Shown here: one piece after another, positions 36,313-48,624 of the stretch
Numbering within the stretch: position 1 is the stretch's first letter
Layout of the letters: each line of letters begins with the position of its first letter
Source of the DNA: Centroscyllium fabricii
Lineage: Eukaryota
NCBI GenBank assembly: GCA_051313645.2
Contig: JBNRSN020000017.1
Coordinates: forward strand, 13,764,001 to 13,828,000
Length of the DNA stretch: 64,000 bases
Direction of reading: 5' to 3'
The notes under the pieces: generated by a model
What the model was told of the DNA's origin: nothing
The model's database searches: none
The model's input: only the letters and a program-made list of their open reading frames with translations
Position numbers and translations under genes: made by a program

Positions 36313-36443
36313 GCGTCGGAAGTACTGGTTCTGTGCGCATGCTCGGTGCACGCACAGAACCAGCACTTCCGAGGGCCGCACGCGTGAGTACCTGCTCCGT
36401 ACTCACGCGTTTGGCCTCGGGGGCCATCGGAAAATCCGGCCCA
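35669..36443. mobile_element. Harbinger-type MITE related to the 10251 family
   Basis: GGCCCAAAAATT ... AAAATCCGGCCC with ATT on both sides; shared CACGTG/GCCAATC and AT-rich core; (GCCCGA)n repeat. Confidence 0.75.
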
Positions 36444-36982
36444 TTATGCCATTTACATTTGTCTAAGAAGTTTTATTTTTATTCTCTTTGTTGTTTGTTC
36501 TGACTCTTTTTTTATTTTAAGAACTCACCTCACCACATGTAATTTACCAGATGTGACGGCAGGCGGTTGACTGTTCTGAGGCTTCTGCCAATGCCAATCT
36601 ATTTTCATCTATCAGATCTTATCTCGTGCTTGTCTTGGCTGTCTGCAGGAAGGTTCCTTACCCGACTGCCTGCTTGGTCAGGGCTTGACAGTGACATTGG
36701 TGGAAACTAAAAGAAAATGTGTAATTCTAACATCATAAAATGTAGAATTTTTTATGGTTTGTGCCTTTCTTCTGCTCCACACCGCCCTCTTGTGGATCTG
36801 CTGACCATGTGTGGCAGTGTGTGCTGCTGTTACAATGCTCTGCTGCACCAACACAGCAATGACCATTTTTCTTTTTTATAATTTTTATTTGAATGGGTAC
36901 TTCTTATAGTAAGCACAGTATTGAGTAATTTAACACTAGTTTGTGACTCAACAACACATAATTTTAGGTTTGTGAACATAAT

Positions 36983-37728
36983 GGCCCAGAAATTGCAGTG
37001 GAGCCTTCGTGCGGGTGCAGAACCTGCTTAACGCACTTGAACTGCCCATATTCAGTTTTGCTTTTTTGCACTGAGAAATTGCAGTTAGCCCAGCCTGTCA
37101 GAGCTCCATGCGAGTTTCATGGGCATCTGAAGGGCGTAATTAGTGCGAGGTGGCTTTTGAGACCACGTGATTGGCAGGGAGCCAATCAGTGGAAGCAATT
37201 CTCCGTTCAAAACTTCCACAGAGAAATCTGTGCGAGTTTTGAAAGGAGAGATTCCCAAAAGACATCTAAACACAAAAATAAAATTTTACAAACACCACAT
37301 TTTTTAAACATTACCCCAACTAACACAAATAACCTATTTTAAAGAAAAAAGAAAAATTTGCAGAAAAAAATTTCAACTTCCAACAGGTCTAAAAAAATAC
37401 TTACCTGTCTTTAAAGTTATCAACAATTAAAAACCTGAAAAAACAACAATTCAAATCAATAAAATACACACTTACCAGATAAAAACGGGTGTTTACGACT
37501 CCTATTTTCCAGCGTTGAATTTTCTGCTCTTGGTCCATAGAAAAACGTTAAAAAAATATCAGAATGACTGGATGATCACGTAGTTCGCTGCTTCCTGCGC
37601 TGGACCTCGCAGGAAGCAGCGACCCCCCCGCTGGGCGGCACAGGAAAACCCGAAGCTGCGCTATCGGCTGCTTCCTGCGGGTTTAAGCTCTGGTAAACCC
37701 GATATGCGCAGACTGCAATTTCTGGGCC
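36983..37728. mobile_element. Harbinger-type MITE (copy 2 of 10251-11013)
   Basis: Near-identical sequence and the same TIRs. Confidence 0.88.
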
Positions 37729-37937
37729 ATTGCCTTTCATTACCATTATGTGTGATAAAAACTTGAGAATTTTGCTCATTGCAGACATTAATAAACTTAG
37801 TGTAAAAGAGTCAGAATAAACTTGATCTTGTATTGGCACATTGAGTGAAATATGCAGAATGGATGTGGTGCACATGGGTATTTTAAATTCCTGGGAAAGA
37901 ATGAAACCAAATACCAACAAATGAACGAAGCATCAGT

Positions 37938-38490
37938 GGCCCAGAAATTCGGGTCGGAGGCATCCCGCGGGTGCAAGCCTCCGACCTGCGCTTACCGTGC
38001 GCGCCAGCCGTTGAGCTGTGGGCTCGCATGGAATTCCGATCCGGGGCCTGCTTCAACTGCCGACGCGCAGTGCTTGCATATCCCAGCGGCGCAGTTAGTG
38101 CGATGCGTCCTCTGGGATCACGTGGGCCATGGAGAGCCAATCGGAGCAGAGAATGCTTCATTCATATGTTTGACAAGAAGAGCTGTCAAAACTATGAAAA
38201 CTACAAGTCCCAAAACATCACTAAATCTTCAACAACAAAAAAAAATCACATTTTAAAAATAACTATATATTACATTAAATAACTATTTTAAACCATAATT
38301 TAAATTTTTTGAAAAAATTAATTATTTTTCCTAATGGGCTAAAAGTAAACTTACCTTTCTTTAAAGTATTAAAAAATTATAAACCTGTGAGAAAAAATGT
38401 TTTAATTTGAATTAATCCAGCACTTACCTTGCTAAACTGGCCACAGAGCGCATTCTGACCAGTTCTGTCCGAAAATGGCAATCGGGGTTC
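37938..38490. mobile_element. Partial MITE of the same group
   Basis: GGCCCAGAAATTCGGG end, CACGTG/GCCAATC block, AT-rich core. Confidence 0.65.
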
Positions 38491-38503
38491 TATGTACATT
38501 TAT

Positions 38504-38905
38504 AGAAACATAGAAACATAGAAACTAGGAGCAGGAGTAGGCCATTCGGCCCTTCGAGCCTGCTCCGCCATTCAATGAGATCATGGCTGATCATCCAAAC
38601 CCAGTACCCCGCCCCTGCCCTCTCCCTATATCTCTCGATCCCTATCGAGCCTGCATCAACACATATCCCACCCTATCCCCGTAACCCCACATATTCAATC
38701 CCCCAAACACAGTAAGGGTCAATTTATCATGGCCAATCAACCTAACCCGCACATCTTTGGACTGTGGGAGGAAACCGGAGTACCCGGAGGAAACCCACGC
38801 AGACACGGGGAGAATGTGCAAACTCCACACAGGTAGTACCCGAGGCTGGATTTGAACCTGGGTCTCCAGTGCTGTGAGACAGCAGTGCTAGCCACCGTGC
38901 CGCCC
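38504..38905 (-). mobile_element. HE1-type V-SINE, full length
   Basis: tRNA head, V-domain, CR1 tail. Confidence 0.92.
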
Positions 38906-38932
38906 TCGATTATAGGACCTCGATTCATATAT

Positions 38933-39437
38933 TATTTTACCGCGGCACCATAGAGAGCGTCTTGTCGGGTGGCGTCACTGTGTGGTATGGCAACACCACT
39001 GCTCAGGACAGGAAAGCCATTCAGAGGGTCGTGAGGACGGCAGAAAAAATCATCGGGTGTGCACTTCCATCCATCGAGGAGATCTTCCAGACCAGGTGTC
39101 GGAACAAGGCCCGCTCCATCATCAAGGACCCCAATCACCCTGGGCACAATCTGTTCTCCCTCCTGCGGTCCGGCCGTCGGTACTGCAGCACCCGAACCAG
39201 GACCAGCAGGTTCAAAAACAGTTTCTACCCACAGGCAGTGCGCCTACTTAACTGCTAACTGCACTCGTTACTTATTTGTTTATTTGATTATTATTTTTTC
39301 TATATTTATACTTGTTTGGGGTTTTTTTTCCACTTTTTACTTTTTGCTTTTCTACATTTATAATTGTGGGAGTGAATGGGGAGTAAGCATTCCATTGTAC
39401 GAGTTACACATGGCAATAAAATTATCTTGAATCTTGA
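38933..39437 (+). mobile_element. Rex1/Babar LINE 3' fragment
   Basis: ESVLSGGVTVWYG..DRKAIQRVVRTAEKIIG..HPGH.LF.LL.SGRRY..SFYPQAVRLLN; AATAAA + (ATCTTGA)2 tail. Confidence 0.88.
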
Positions 39438-39789
39438 AAAAGGATTACTGCCTGAAATGGGTAGGTGCTTCGGCCGACCAGCAGTAGGTCCCTGTAAAAG
39501 TGGCAGCAGGCAGAGCGGCACTGTTGATGAGATGGTAAATGTACCAACCCCATATTGAGGCTGCTACTGTCATGTTAATGCCAACTCGGCATGTTAAAAT
39601 CGACCTCACAGCGCATACAGTTCTTGCACTCTCAATCACCAGCTCATCGGTATTACTAAAGGGAACAGAGATCTTTTTATTAAAGGAGCACAATTTGTAG
39701 GGCTTCATATCTTTGTCATAAGTAATACTCCTATGCATGGTATAAAATAATTGATGAGTGGGAGTGATTGTAAAGAAACAATCTAGTTG

Positions 39790-40908
39790 GGGCCAAGGTA
39801 TTGACTTGGATAGAGAACTGGTTGGCGGACAGAAAGCAGAGAGTAGGAATTAACGGGTCTTTTTCCGAGTGGCAGGCAGTGACTAGTGGGGTACCGCAGG
39901 GACTGGTCCTTGGACCCCAGCTATTCACAATATATATATTAATGATCTAGATAAGGGAACTAAATGTAATATCTCCAAGTTTGCAGATGACACAAAGCTG
40001 GGTGGGCGTGTGTGCTGCAAGGAGGATACCAAGAAACTCCAGGATGATTTGGACAGGTTGGGTGATTGGGTAGAAGCATGGCAGATACAATATAACGTGG
40101 ATAAATGCGAGGTTATCCACTTTGGTGTCAAAAACAGAAAGGCAGACTATTATCTGAGTGGAAATAGACTGGGAGACGGGGAAGTGCAACGAGACCTGGG
40201 CGTTCCTGTGCACCAGTCGTTGAAGGTAAGCATGCAGGTGCAGCAGGCGGTGAAGAAGGCAAATGGAATGTTGGCCTTCATAGCGAAAGGGTTTGAGTAC
40301 AGGAACAAGGATGTCCTGCTGCAGTTGTACAGGGCCTTGGTGAGACCACATCTTGAGTACTATGTGCAGTTTTGGTCGCCTTATCTGAGGAAGGATGTTC
40401 TAGCCATGGAAGGAGTTCAGCGAAGGTTCACAAGGCTGATACCTGGGATGGCAGGAATAACGTATGAGGAGAGATTGGGTCGATTAGGCTTATACCCGCT
40501 GGAGTTTAGAAGAATGAGAGGGGATTTCATTGAAACTTATAAAATTCTGACAGGTCTGGACAAACTAGACACAGGAAGAATGTTCCCGATGGTCAGAGAG
40601 TCCAGAACCAGGGGGCACAGTCTAAGGATAAGGGGTAAGCCATTCAGGACAGAGATGAGGAAGAATTTCTTCACCCAGAGAGTGGTGAACCTGTGGAATT
40701 CTCTACCACAGAATGTAGTTGAGGCCAAGTCATTAAATATATTCAAGAAGGAGTTAGATATATTTCTTAGAGCTAAAGGTATCAAGGGATATGTAGAGAA
40801 GGCAGGTACAGGGTACTGAGTTTGGATGATCAGCCATGATCTCATTGAGTGGCGGAGCAGGCTCGAGGGGCCGAATGGCCTACTCCTGCTCCTATCTTCT
40901 ATGTATCT
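39790..40908 (+). mobile_element. CR1/HER1 LINE 3' ~1.1 kb
   Basis: SGVPQG, KFADDTKL, LQDDLDRL, LYRALVRPHLEY, FFTQRVVNLWNSLP; 3' tail shared with HE1 SINEs. Confidence 0.93.
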
Positions 40909-42629
40909 ACGTATAAGTTATGATGATACTTTACTCTTGCATCAGATAAGCAGAGGAAAAAATATGAGAGCAAATCGCCATATGCTATTTTGCACACATC
41001 CTAGCAGTTGGGGAATAGGCTACCTGTTAATGCGCAGGATAGGTGGAACCTAATATAAAACCCAGAATATGGTGGCTGTGTGTAACAGACTGCCCCCAAG
41101 TTAGTGGAAGCAGATAGTTTGGCAAATTGTAGAAGATGTATCTTTTTTTGATGAAAGAAGTGATTGAGGAATATGGGGTAGAATATCATATGGTTTTCTT
41201 TTGTATTTTGGGGCCAGCTAGGTGAACTGCATGGGGTCTTTTCTTATCCTGTATGTCCTGATGAAATGCAAAGAAATATAGCTGACATAAATGGAGGGTG
41301 AATGCCCTTGGAAGTTAGCTTTATTAGACACGATCACCATTGCCTATTTTAATTTGAGGCAAGGGAAATGCGCTCACCGCTTGCCTGTTGGTACCTCTGT
41401 CATGCCTGAGTTATTTTGAGGCCCAAGCCTCATTTACGTGCAGCTGGTGAGCGTAAATGCAGCCTGAATCTGAAGTCCGTGTTTAACCTGACATTGGTGC
41501 AAAGTGGACTGAGCCCCATTGGAGGAGGGAGTCTCACTGTCTCTCAATTCCAAGTCAGTCCAGACCTTGATACCCGATTGACCCTTCACAAGTTCAGTGT
41601 CTTGTGACGCTGCAACCTCTGTGCACAAACTAGTAGTGTAAATCCACCATAATGATGGTTCAAAATAATAAGCGAGGTGCAGCTCCTGTATCTTCTGCAT
41701 TGTAAAAACCAGTATTCCTTAATTGGCAATACAATTCAACCAGCAGTTACTTGACAATAAAGAATATGTAATTTACAATTAATTTCCAACACTGTAGTGC
41801 TGCTGCTAACCAGATGGAGCTGTCATTCTCAGTGTGTGAATAAGGCAGCCACACATTGCTCCCCACCTGTGGCTTGATCCCCTCCCACAAGCTGCTCGTA
41901 GGACAGTGAATGACCCAATACAATGTAGTCTCGTTAAAAATATTTGAAAAGTAATGAATACCACTGGCGTCAATGATATCTATTATATGATACTTTCTTT
42001 GAAAGCTTAAAATAACTCCACGCTCTGCGTTCTTTTGTTTTTTCCATGAGTAACTGATATGAGAAAACATTTTTGTGTGTGTAACTTTGTTTTTTAAATA
42101 GGTGTTTTTTTTTCTGTTGGAGTCCAATCACACAGCATGGATTGAAATAATTAAAATATGTAATGAATTAATCCAAAGCATACATCAGGCATAAATTAAC
42201 TGGACCTTAATTAGAAAGCACGAACTTGTATTCACCATCAGCCTGTCACCTTTGCTGATGACAGGGTTGTGTGCCATGAAGTGCAAGCTCGTGCTGCGTG
42301 TTGTTGTCTGCAGGAGATCGGAGAGGTGATCTTACAGCTTTGTCTATTTTTGAAATTGGATGCACCAGGACAAAAAATAAACTATTATTATATTAGTAAT
42401 TATAATTAATACAGTCCTTTGGCTGTTTTTCTTCGACCTTTTTTCAGATACTGAAGCTGCAAGTAGAACAGTCAGAATTAACTCTGCTTTCACAGATGAC
42501 TCTGTGTTCTTGTCAGGCTCCTGTATCCAGTCCTTTAATACAAATAAATATAGGGGAACTTCAAAATTTAGTTCAATAATTCATTAAAAAGTCATTTTTT
42601 ATTTAACACAATTGTTTTACCTTTCTATT

Positions 42630-43031
42630 CGGGCGGCACAGTGATATAGTGGTTAGCACTGTTGCCTCACAGCGCCAGGGGCCCACGTTCAAATCCAGCC
42701 TCGGGTACTATCTGTGTGGAGTTTGCACATTCTTCCCGTGTCTGCGTGGGTTTCCTCCGGGTGCTCCGGTTTCCTCCCACAGTCCAAAGATGTGCGGGTT
42801 AGGTTGATTGGCCAGGATAAATTGACCCTTAGTGTTAGGGGGATTGAATATGTGGGGTTACGGGGATAGGGTGGGATATGTGTCGGTGTAGGCTCAATAG
42901 GGATCGAGGGATATGGGGACAAGGCAGGGGCGGGGTACTGGGTTTGGATGATCAGCCATGATCTCGTTGAATGGCGGAGCAGGCTCGACGGGCCGAATGG
43001 CCGACTCCTGCTCCTAGTTTCTATGTTTCTA
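42630..43031 (+). mobile_element. HE1-type V-SINE, full length
   Basis: tRNA head, V-domain, CR1 tail. Confidence 0.92.
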
Positions 43032-43352
43032 TATAATGAATTTTGCAGCTGTGAGGAAAGTATTTGAACGTATTATGTCTTTTTTCATTTGTGTGTTTAT
43101 AATTCAGAGCTGCAACTGCCTCATACATTACTATAACAGTTCATTTTCAGTAATACAGAAGTGAGAATATATTGTTTCAGTGCCAAGTTATCAGTATCAG
43201 CAATATATTTTGACAATCTTTTCCATTTCTAACCTGCATTGCCAAGCTCATACACAGAAAGCATGGAGCTCTTTCCTAACAGTTTGCATGTATTGAAGAA
43301 CACAGAAAGGAACTTGCGAGCAGCCAAGGTTATTGGCATGAACGGAAACCAT

Positions 43353-43929
43353 GGGGGGCCAAATTAATTTGGCCCATCTGGTGCAATTCCGCCACAATTC
43401 TGGTGGATGTGCAGCAGAAGGACCCAGGAATCGGTGGAACTGGATAGCCTGGATCCCAGCCCATGCTGGGAGTTCCCACTTGGTCATGTAAGGGATAGAG
43501 CCCGTGGCCACTGCCTAGTACGCTAATGATGCGAAGAACAGGGGCATAAACTACTTACACTGGGTGTAAGGTTGGAAGCTGGTACGCCCAGTGAGACAAG
43601 ACAAACCAGCCTCCAGAAGGGCACAAGTGGAACCCCTGAAGTCGAAGCTTTTTTTTTACAAAAGGGGCAGGGCATTGTTTTTCACGTGGGGGAGCCAGGC
43701 ACCACCCCCTTTCCCTCAGATGGTGGCAAGTGTCAGAGCTTTCAGCAGCATGGGGATGGCACATGCTTGAGGTGATGTGTCCATAGCGAAACAGGTGCCT
43801 GCTGGCCGCATACACATGAGGTGCCACCCCGCTAAGCCCACGTGCTCCAGTGGAGTAGGTGCTGAAGGGCACCAGTAGGGGTCATCCCATTTTAACTGCC
43901 GGGATTGCGCCCCTGTAATTCCGGGGCCC
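43353..43929. mobile_element. Degraded Harbinger-type MITE
   Basis: GGGGGGCCAAATTA ... TAATTCCGGGGCCC imperfect inverted ends. Confidence 0.45.
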
Positions 43930-44392
43930 AGTTATGCTGCTAACGTATCTGCTAACTTAACCACTAAATGTGTATGTGTAAATATGTATGGGAGGAAGGT
44001 TTTTGTGTAGCAATCTTTCATAAATATATGATTTATTGCTACTTAATCTGAATTATGTAGGAAATTGTTTTTGTGCACTTAAAAGTTTTAAAGTGTTGTA
44101 AAATCACAGAACGTTCCAGCAGAGAAATGGACCATTTGTCCTTTAAATCAGCACCAGTGTTGATCTCCACATGAGCCACTAAGTCTAACTCCACTCTTCT
44201 GCTCACTCCCCATACTCATACTCATTTTCCAGCAGCTATCTAACTCCCTTTGAGAAAAATGTACAGATTCTGTTTGTGGCAGAGAATTCCAGATTCTTGC
44301 CATTCGCTGTGTAAAGATTTTTTTTTTACCTCCTTTCATTATTTTTGTGATTATCTTAGAAATTGCGCCCTCTCGTTACTATTGAAAACAAT

Positions 44393-45168
44393 GGGGGGGA
44401 TTTTGCCGGAAGTGTGGGAACCTGGCGGGGATTGGTTGGGGCGGGTTCCTGTCCCGCCCGCCCAAAGACCTGGGAACCCCACGCAATTTTAATTTAATTG
44501 AGTAATTAAATCCCTGCATGCGGCAGCCGGTGGTAATTGACTCAATCGAGTCGGAGCTGCAGCCGGCTGTGAGGAGCTTGATTGACAGTCCCAGCACTGG
44601 TTGTTGACAGTTCCCATGGAAACACTCCACTGTGACATCACAGTCGAGTGGAACCAATGGGAAAGGTCAAGTACTGGTGACTGACAGGTGGGCGGGCGGG
44701 CTTCAAATCCTTGACAGCTCGGCACCAGCTGTCAGGAAATGTGTAAAGCTGAGATTTCTCCGTTTTTGCCCATAGCTAGTGTATCCACCACGGAGTGACT
44801 TACTCCTCTGAGGTGCTGAAGGCCTGTGAAGCATTTTGCAGCATGTCTTTCAACACCTTGAAGGAAAAAGTAATGAACAGCGCTGTGCTCCCGCTGGGTT
44901 TCACCAGCGGGGTTTTAGGCTGGCGGGGTTAGGGTGGGAATGGGATGAAAATTCAGAAGGGCCCTTAAAATGGCATTACACATGCCAATTAAGGGCCCTT
45001 AATGAGGTGACAACCCATCCCCGCCGGCCGCCGGCGGGAAGATTTCGGGGCGGGGAGTCAGGGCGGGGGAAAATGTCAAAGCGGGGGGGGTCGTGACCCG
45101 CCGGTTCCGCGATTTTGACGGCCGACCTGCCAAAAACCCCGCTTCACGGGGACATGAAAATCCCCCCC
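44393..45168. mobile_element. Harbinger-derived MITE
   Basis: GGGGGGGATTTT / AAAATCCCCCCC TIRs, TSD AAT; inverted homolog of 33696-34520. Confidence 0.85.
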
Positions 45169-46106
45169 AATGGGTGGAATTTTTTCAAAGGTGTGGGAAG
45201 CTGGGGGGTTTGGGGTGTCAGTTTTCTGACACGAATGTTTGAGAGCCTGGGAACCCCACGCAATTTTGGCTTAACTAGCCAATTAATTGCCTGCGTGTGG
45301 GAAGCCCCTGCCAATACACAATTTCCAGTTGGAAAGCAGCTAGCTGCAGTTGACAGCCGGAGATTTGATTGGCAGTTCTTGGGACTGTCTGTTGTTAGTT
45401 TCTATGGAAACAGTCCATTGTGACATCACAATGGGGTGCAACCAATCTCAAAGCCCAAGTGGGTTGAGTGAGAGGTCTAAGGACAGGCTGCAAAGATTTC
45501 AGAGTGAGGGGACATCTCTCTATCAATCATTGCAGCATCTGTCAAGGTAAGTCTTTTCAGTGTTTTCTCCACAGCTGGGGGCGAATTTTCATGTCCCCGT
45601 CAGGCGGGGTTTTGGGCGGGCGGGCGGGAGATGAAAATCAGAAAATTTTGGTTCCCGCCCAAGCCCGCCCATTCACCACCGGATTTGAATTTTTGGGCGG
45701 CCTTTTTTCCCGTCCCGAATCTTTCCCACCGGCGCCCGGCGGGGATGCTTGTTAAGGTCATTAAGGGCCCTTAATTGGCATCTGTAATCCCATTTTAAGG
45801 GCCCGTAGCAATTTTCATGTGTTTCACGCACAAAACCCGCCAAGATAAACCCCGTCAGGTGAAACCCTTGTGTGAACTCAGTGGGACTGCTGAGTGTGTC
45901 CGGTCACTCAATGAAGGCTCACATTTAATCAGCCATCATTCGCTTCCGCAAACACATTGTTCTCTCAGTCCTGGGGATATTTGCAACAGGCTTCAGCACA
46001 CCTGTGGAAGGTTGAATCCTCAAACACTTCTGCAGTGTGACCTGGGAAAGCCCTCTCACTTCCCCCCTCACTCAGTGCTTCCTCAGCCGAGGCTGCCAGC
46101 ACAGCC

Positions 46107-47197
46107 ATGGGAGCCATTTTCTTCCTTCCCTTTTTGGGATTACATGATCTCTACCAGGAGCAGATGCAGCTACAGCAGCAACAGCACCAGCCACACCAGG
46201 AGCCTGACGCTCCTGCGGACCCTCCGGGGGCAGCATGGGCCAGAAGGCATCGGCGCATCCAAGGCCGTCGCCGCAGAAGATACCCCCCAAAATAGGGTCT
46301 ACAGAGTCCGAGCCACCTACCTCAACATGAGTGAGCGGCGGTGCCAAAGGCGACTCCAACTTTCCCGAGAGGCAGTCACAGACATCTGCGCCATGCTGCA
46401 GCAAGAGCTGGAGCCCAGCACACCATGCCTTACCAGTGGCCCTCAAAGTCACCACTGCACTCAACTTCTTTGCTTCGGGCTCATTCCAGGGATCAGCAGC
46501 TGACATCAGCGGAATCTCCCAGTCGGCCGCACACTCCTGCATCACCCAGGTAACCGATGCCCTCTTTGCCCGCGCCCACAATTTCATCCATTTTACCACG
46601 GATCGCGCAAGTGTGAGGGCCCGAGCGATTGGAATGGCTCGTCTGGCAGGCTTCCCAAGGGTACAGGGCATCATTGACTGCACACATGTGGCCCTTAGGG
46701 CACCCAATGACAACCCAGTAGCTTTTCTCAACCGCAAGGGCTTCCATTCACTCAATGTTCAACTGGTGTGTGACCACAAGGAGATTTTGCATGTGTGTGT
46801 CAGGTACCCTGGCAGCTGCCATGACTCCGATGTCCTGCGCCAATCAACCTTGCCTACGCTCTTCACACCGCCGGACCAGCTTCCGGGGTGGCTACTTGGA
46901 GACAAGGGCTATCCCCTCAGGACTTGGCTCATGACGCCGGTCAGGAGGCCAGCCAATGAGGCTGAGGAGAACTACAACTCCAGACACATCTCCACCAGAA
47001 GCATGAAAGAGCACACCATAGGCTTGCTCAAGATGTGTTTCAGATGCTTGGACAGATCAGGTGGAGCCCTGCAATACACCCCAGCCAGGGTCTCCAGAAT
47101 GGTAGTGGTATGCTGTCAACTTCACAACATGGCCCAGCGCCGTGGCTTGCAACCTCCTGACCAAGACCTGCCTCCTCGCATACCGTCCTCAGATGAG

Positions 47198-47232
<35 letters not shown>

Positions 47233-47374
47233 GGAGGAGGGGGAAGAGGAGGAGGAGGTAGAGGAGGAGGAGGACGGGGTTGCTGCCGCTCGACCCCAGC
47301 CAGCGCCACCATTACGCGAGAACGTTGCTGGCCGGCAAGCAAGGATGGAGCTCATCCTTGCAAGATTTTCTTAG
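46107..47374 (+). pseudogene. Harbinger (HARBI1-like) DDE transposase with two frameshifts
   Basis: [49 protein letters not shown]...EHTIGLLK; N-terminus distributed over three frames; poly-Glu tail. Confidence 0.92.
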
Positions 47375-48624
47375 ACTACTCAAGCCAGCTTGTGTTACTC
47401 TCCTCATCCTAACAGCGCATCCTCAATGACACACTCCAATCAGTTCCACAGCTCATACCTGCATGAGTCCCACTACTGTAACGACATCTGTGCGGGGGGA
47501 GGGGGGTTTGGGGGAGTGTGCTTCTGGGGCTGCCAAGTGCCTGTGAAGGCTTTCTGCGCTCGCGCATGCACCCACGCCCCTGACGCACCACACAATTCTT
47601 TGATGAACATGGTCCCACCCAAACACCCATCCATCCATCACATGCAATAATGAACACAGAAACATTAAAGGTTGCAACTGCAACATGCTGTTTAGTAAAG
47701 ACATTAAGCAAACATGGCCACATGCATGGTTGTTCAACTGATGACCAGCACTTATGAATCACTGCATTAATGATGTCCCAGGCATCTCAGCTGCAGACAT
47801 GCAGGTTGAAACGGTCAAAATGTCATTATCAGCAATGATGCACCTCAGCCAGTCCAGTTTTGAGCTTGCAACTTCATATCCATTGTCAATCATCTTCCCC
47901 CCCCTCACGTGCTGCCCCTCCCTTTTCAAGAGTGACACATTCTGACAAACCAGGGCAGCGCACCCGCACATGAGGCAGGAGCTGTGGAGGGCGGTGAGGG
48001 TCAATGTCTGGTGGTTCTTCACCCACCTGATCTTGTTTGATGTGTGAGAGCTGAGGCATGCTGGCACCATGGCTCCTTGGCCATTCCATCAGGGTCAGGT
48101 GCTGTGAGGGGTCAGTTGCAGCCAGATGATGTTGGATGCGTGGGTACTTTGGCCAGTTGGCCCATCTTTTCTTTGCCCACCTTCATCCTTTTAAAGTTTT
48201 GTTCGTGTTAAAGTTCAGCCCTGAGGCATGTTTGCTGGTGTAGCGAAAACATCAGGTGGTTTGTTCAGTTAACCTGGTCATCCTTTGGACCACACATCGG
48301 TCATACTGTTCGCTGGTGTGCGTCACCATGAAGCTAGGCTGGTTTCAAGGACCTTCACTGTTAATCATTGAGCTGCAGTCTGTTATTGAACCTCATTCGT
48401 CTTGCTGTAAGTCCTTGTGCCATGTTGCGTCTGCATCCTTGCATATCTGTGAGGCCTGCCCGATTGCTGTCCAGCCTGCATAAGGTGTCAATGTGGAAGG
48501 GCCATTCGCAAGATGTCAGACATGATAACTGCATCAGGTGGCACCTGCAGTGGTCTGCTGTCTGACCACTGCTTTGGACACCTATCTGACTGTTACACTA
48601 ACACCCAAGTGACTCCCGTTGTGC

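Noticed and set aside
46331-47374. Host HARBI1 gene
   Set aside because: Lies within TIRs and a TSD with a Myb partner and has frameshifts; it is a transposon copy, not the domesticated gene.
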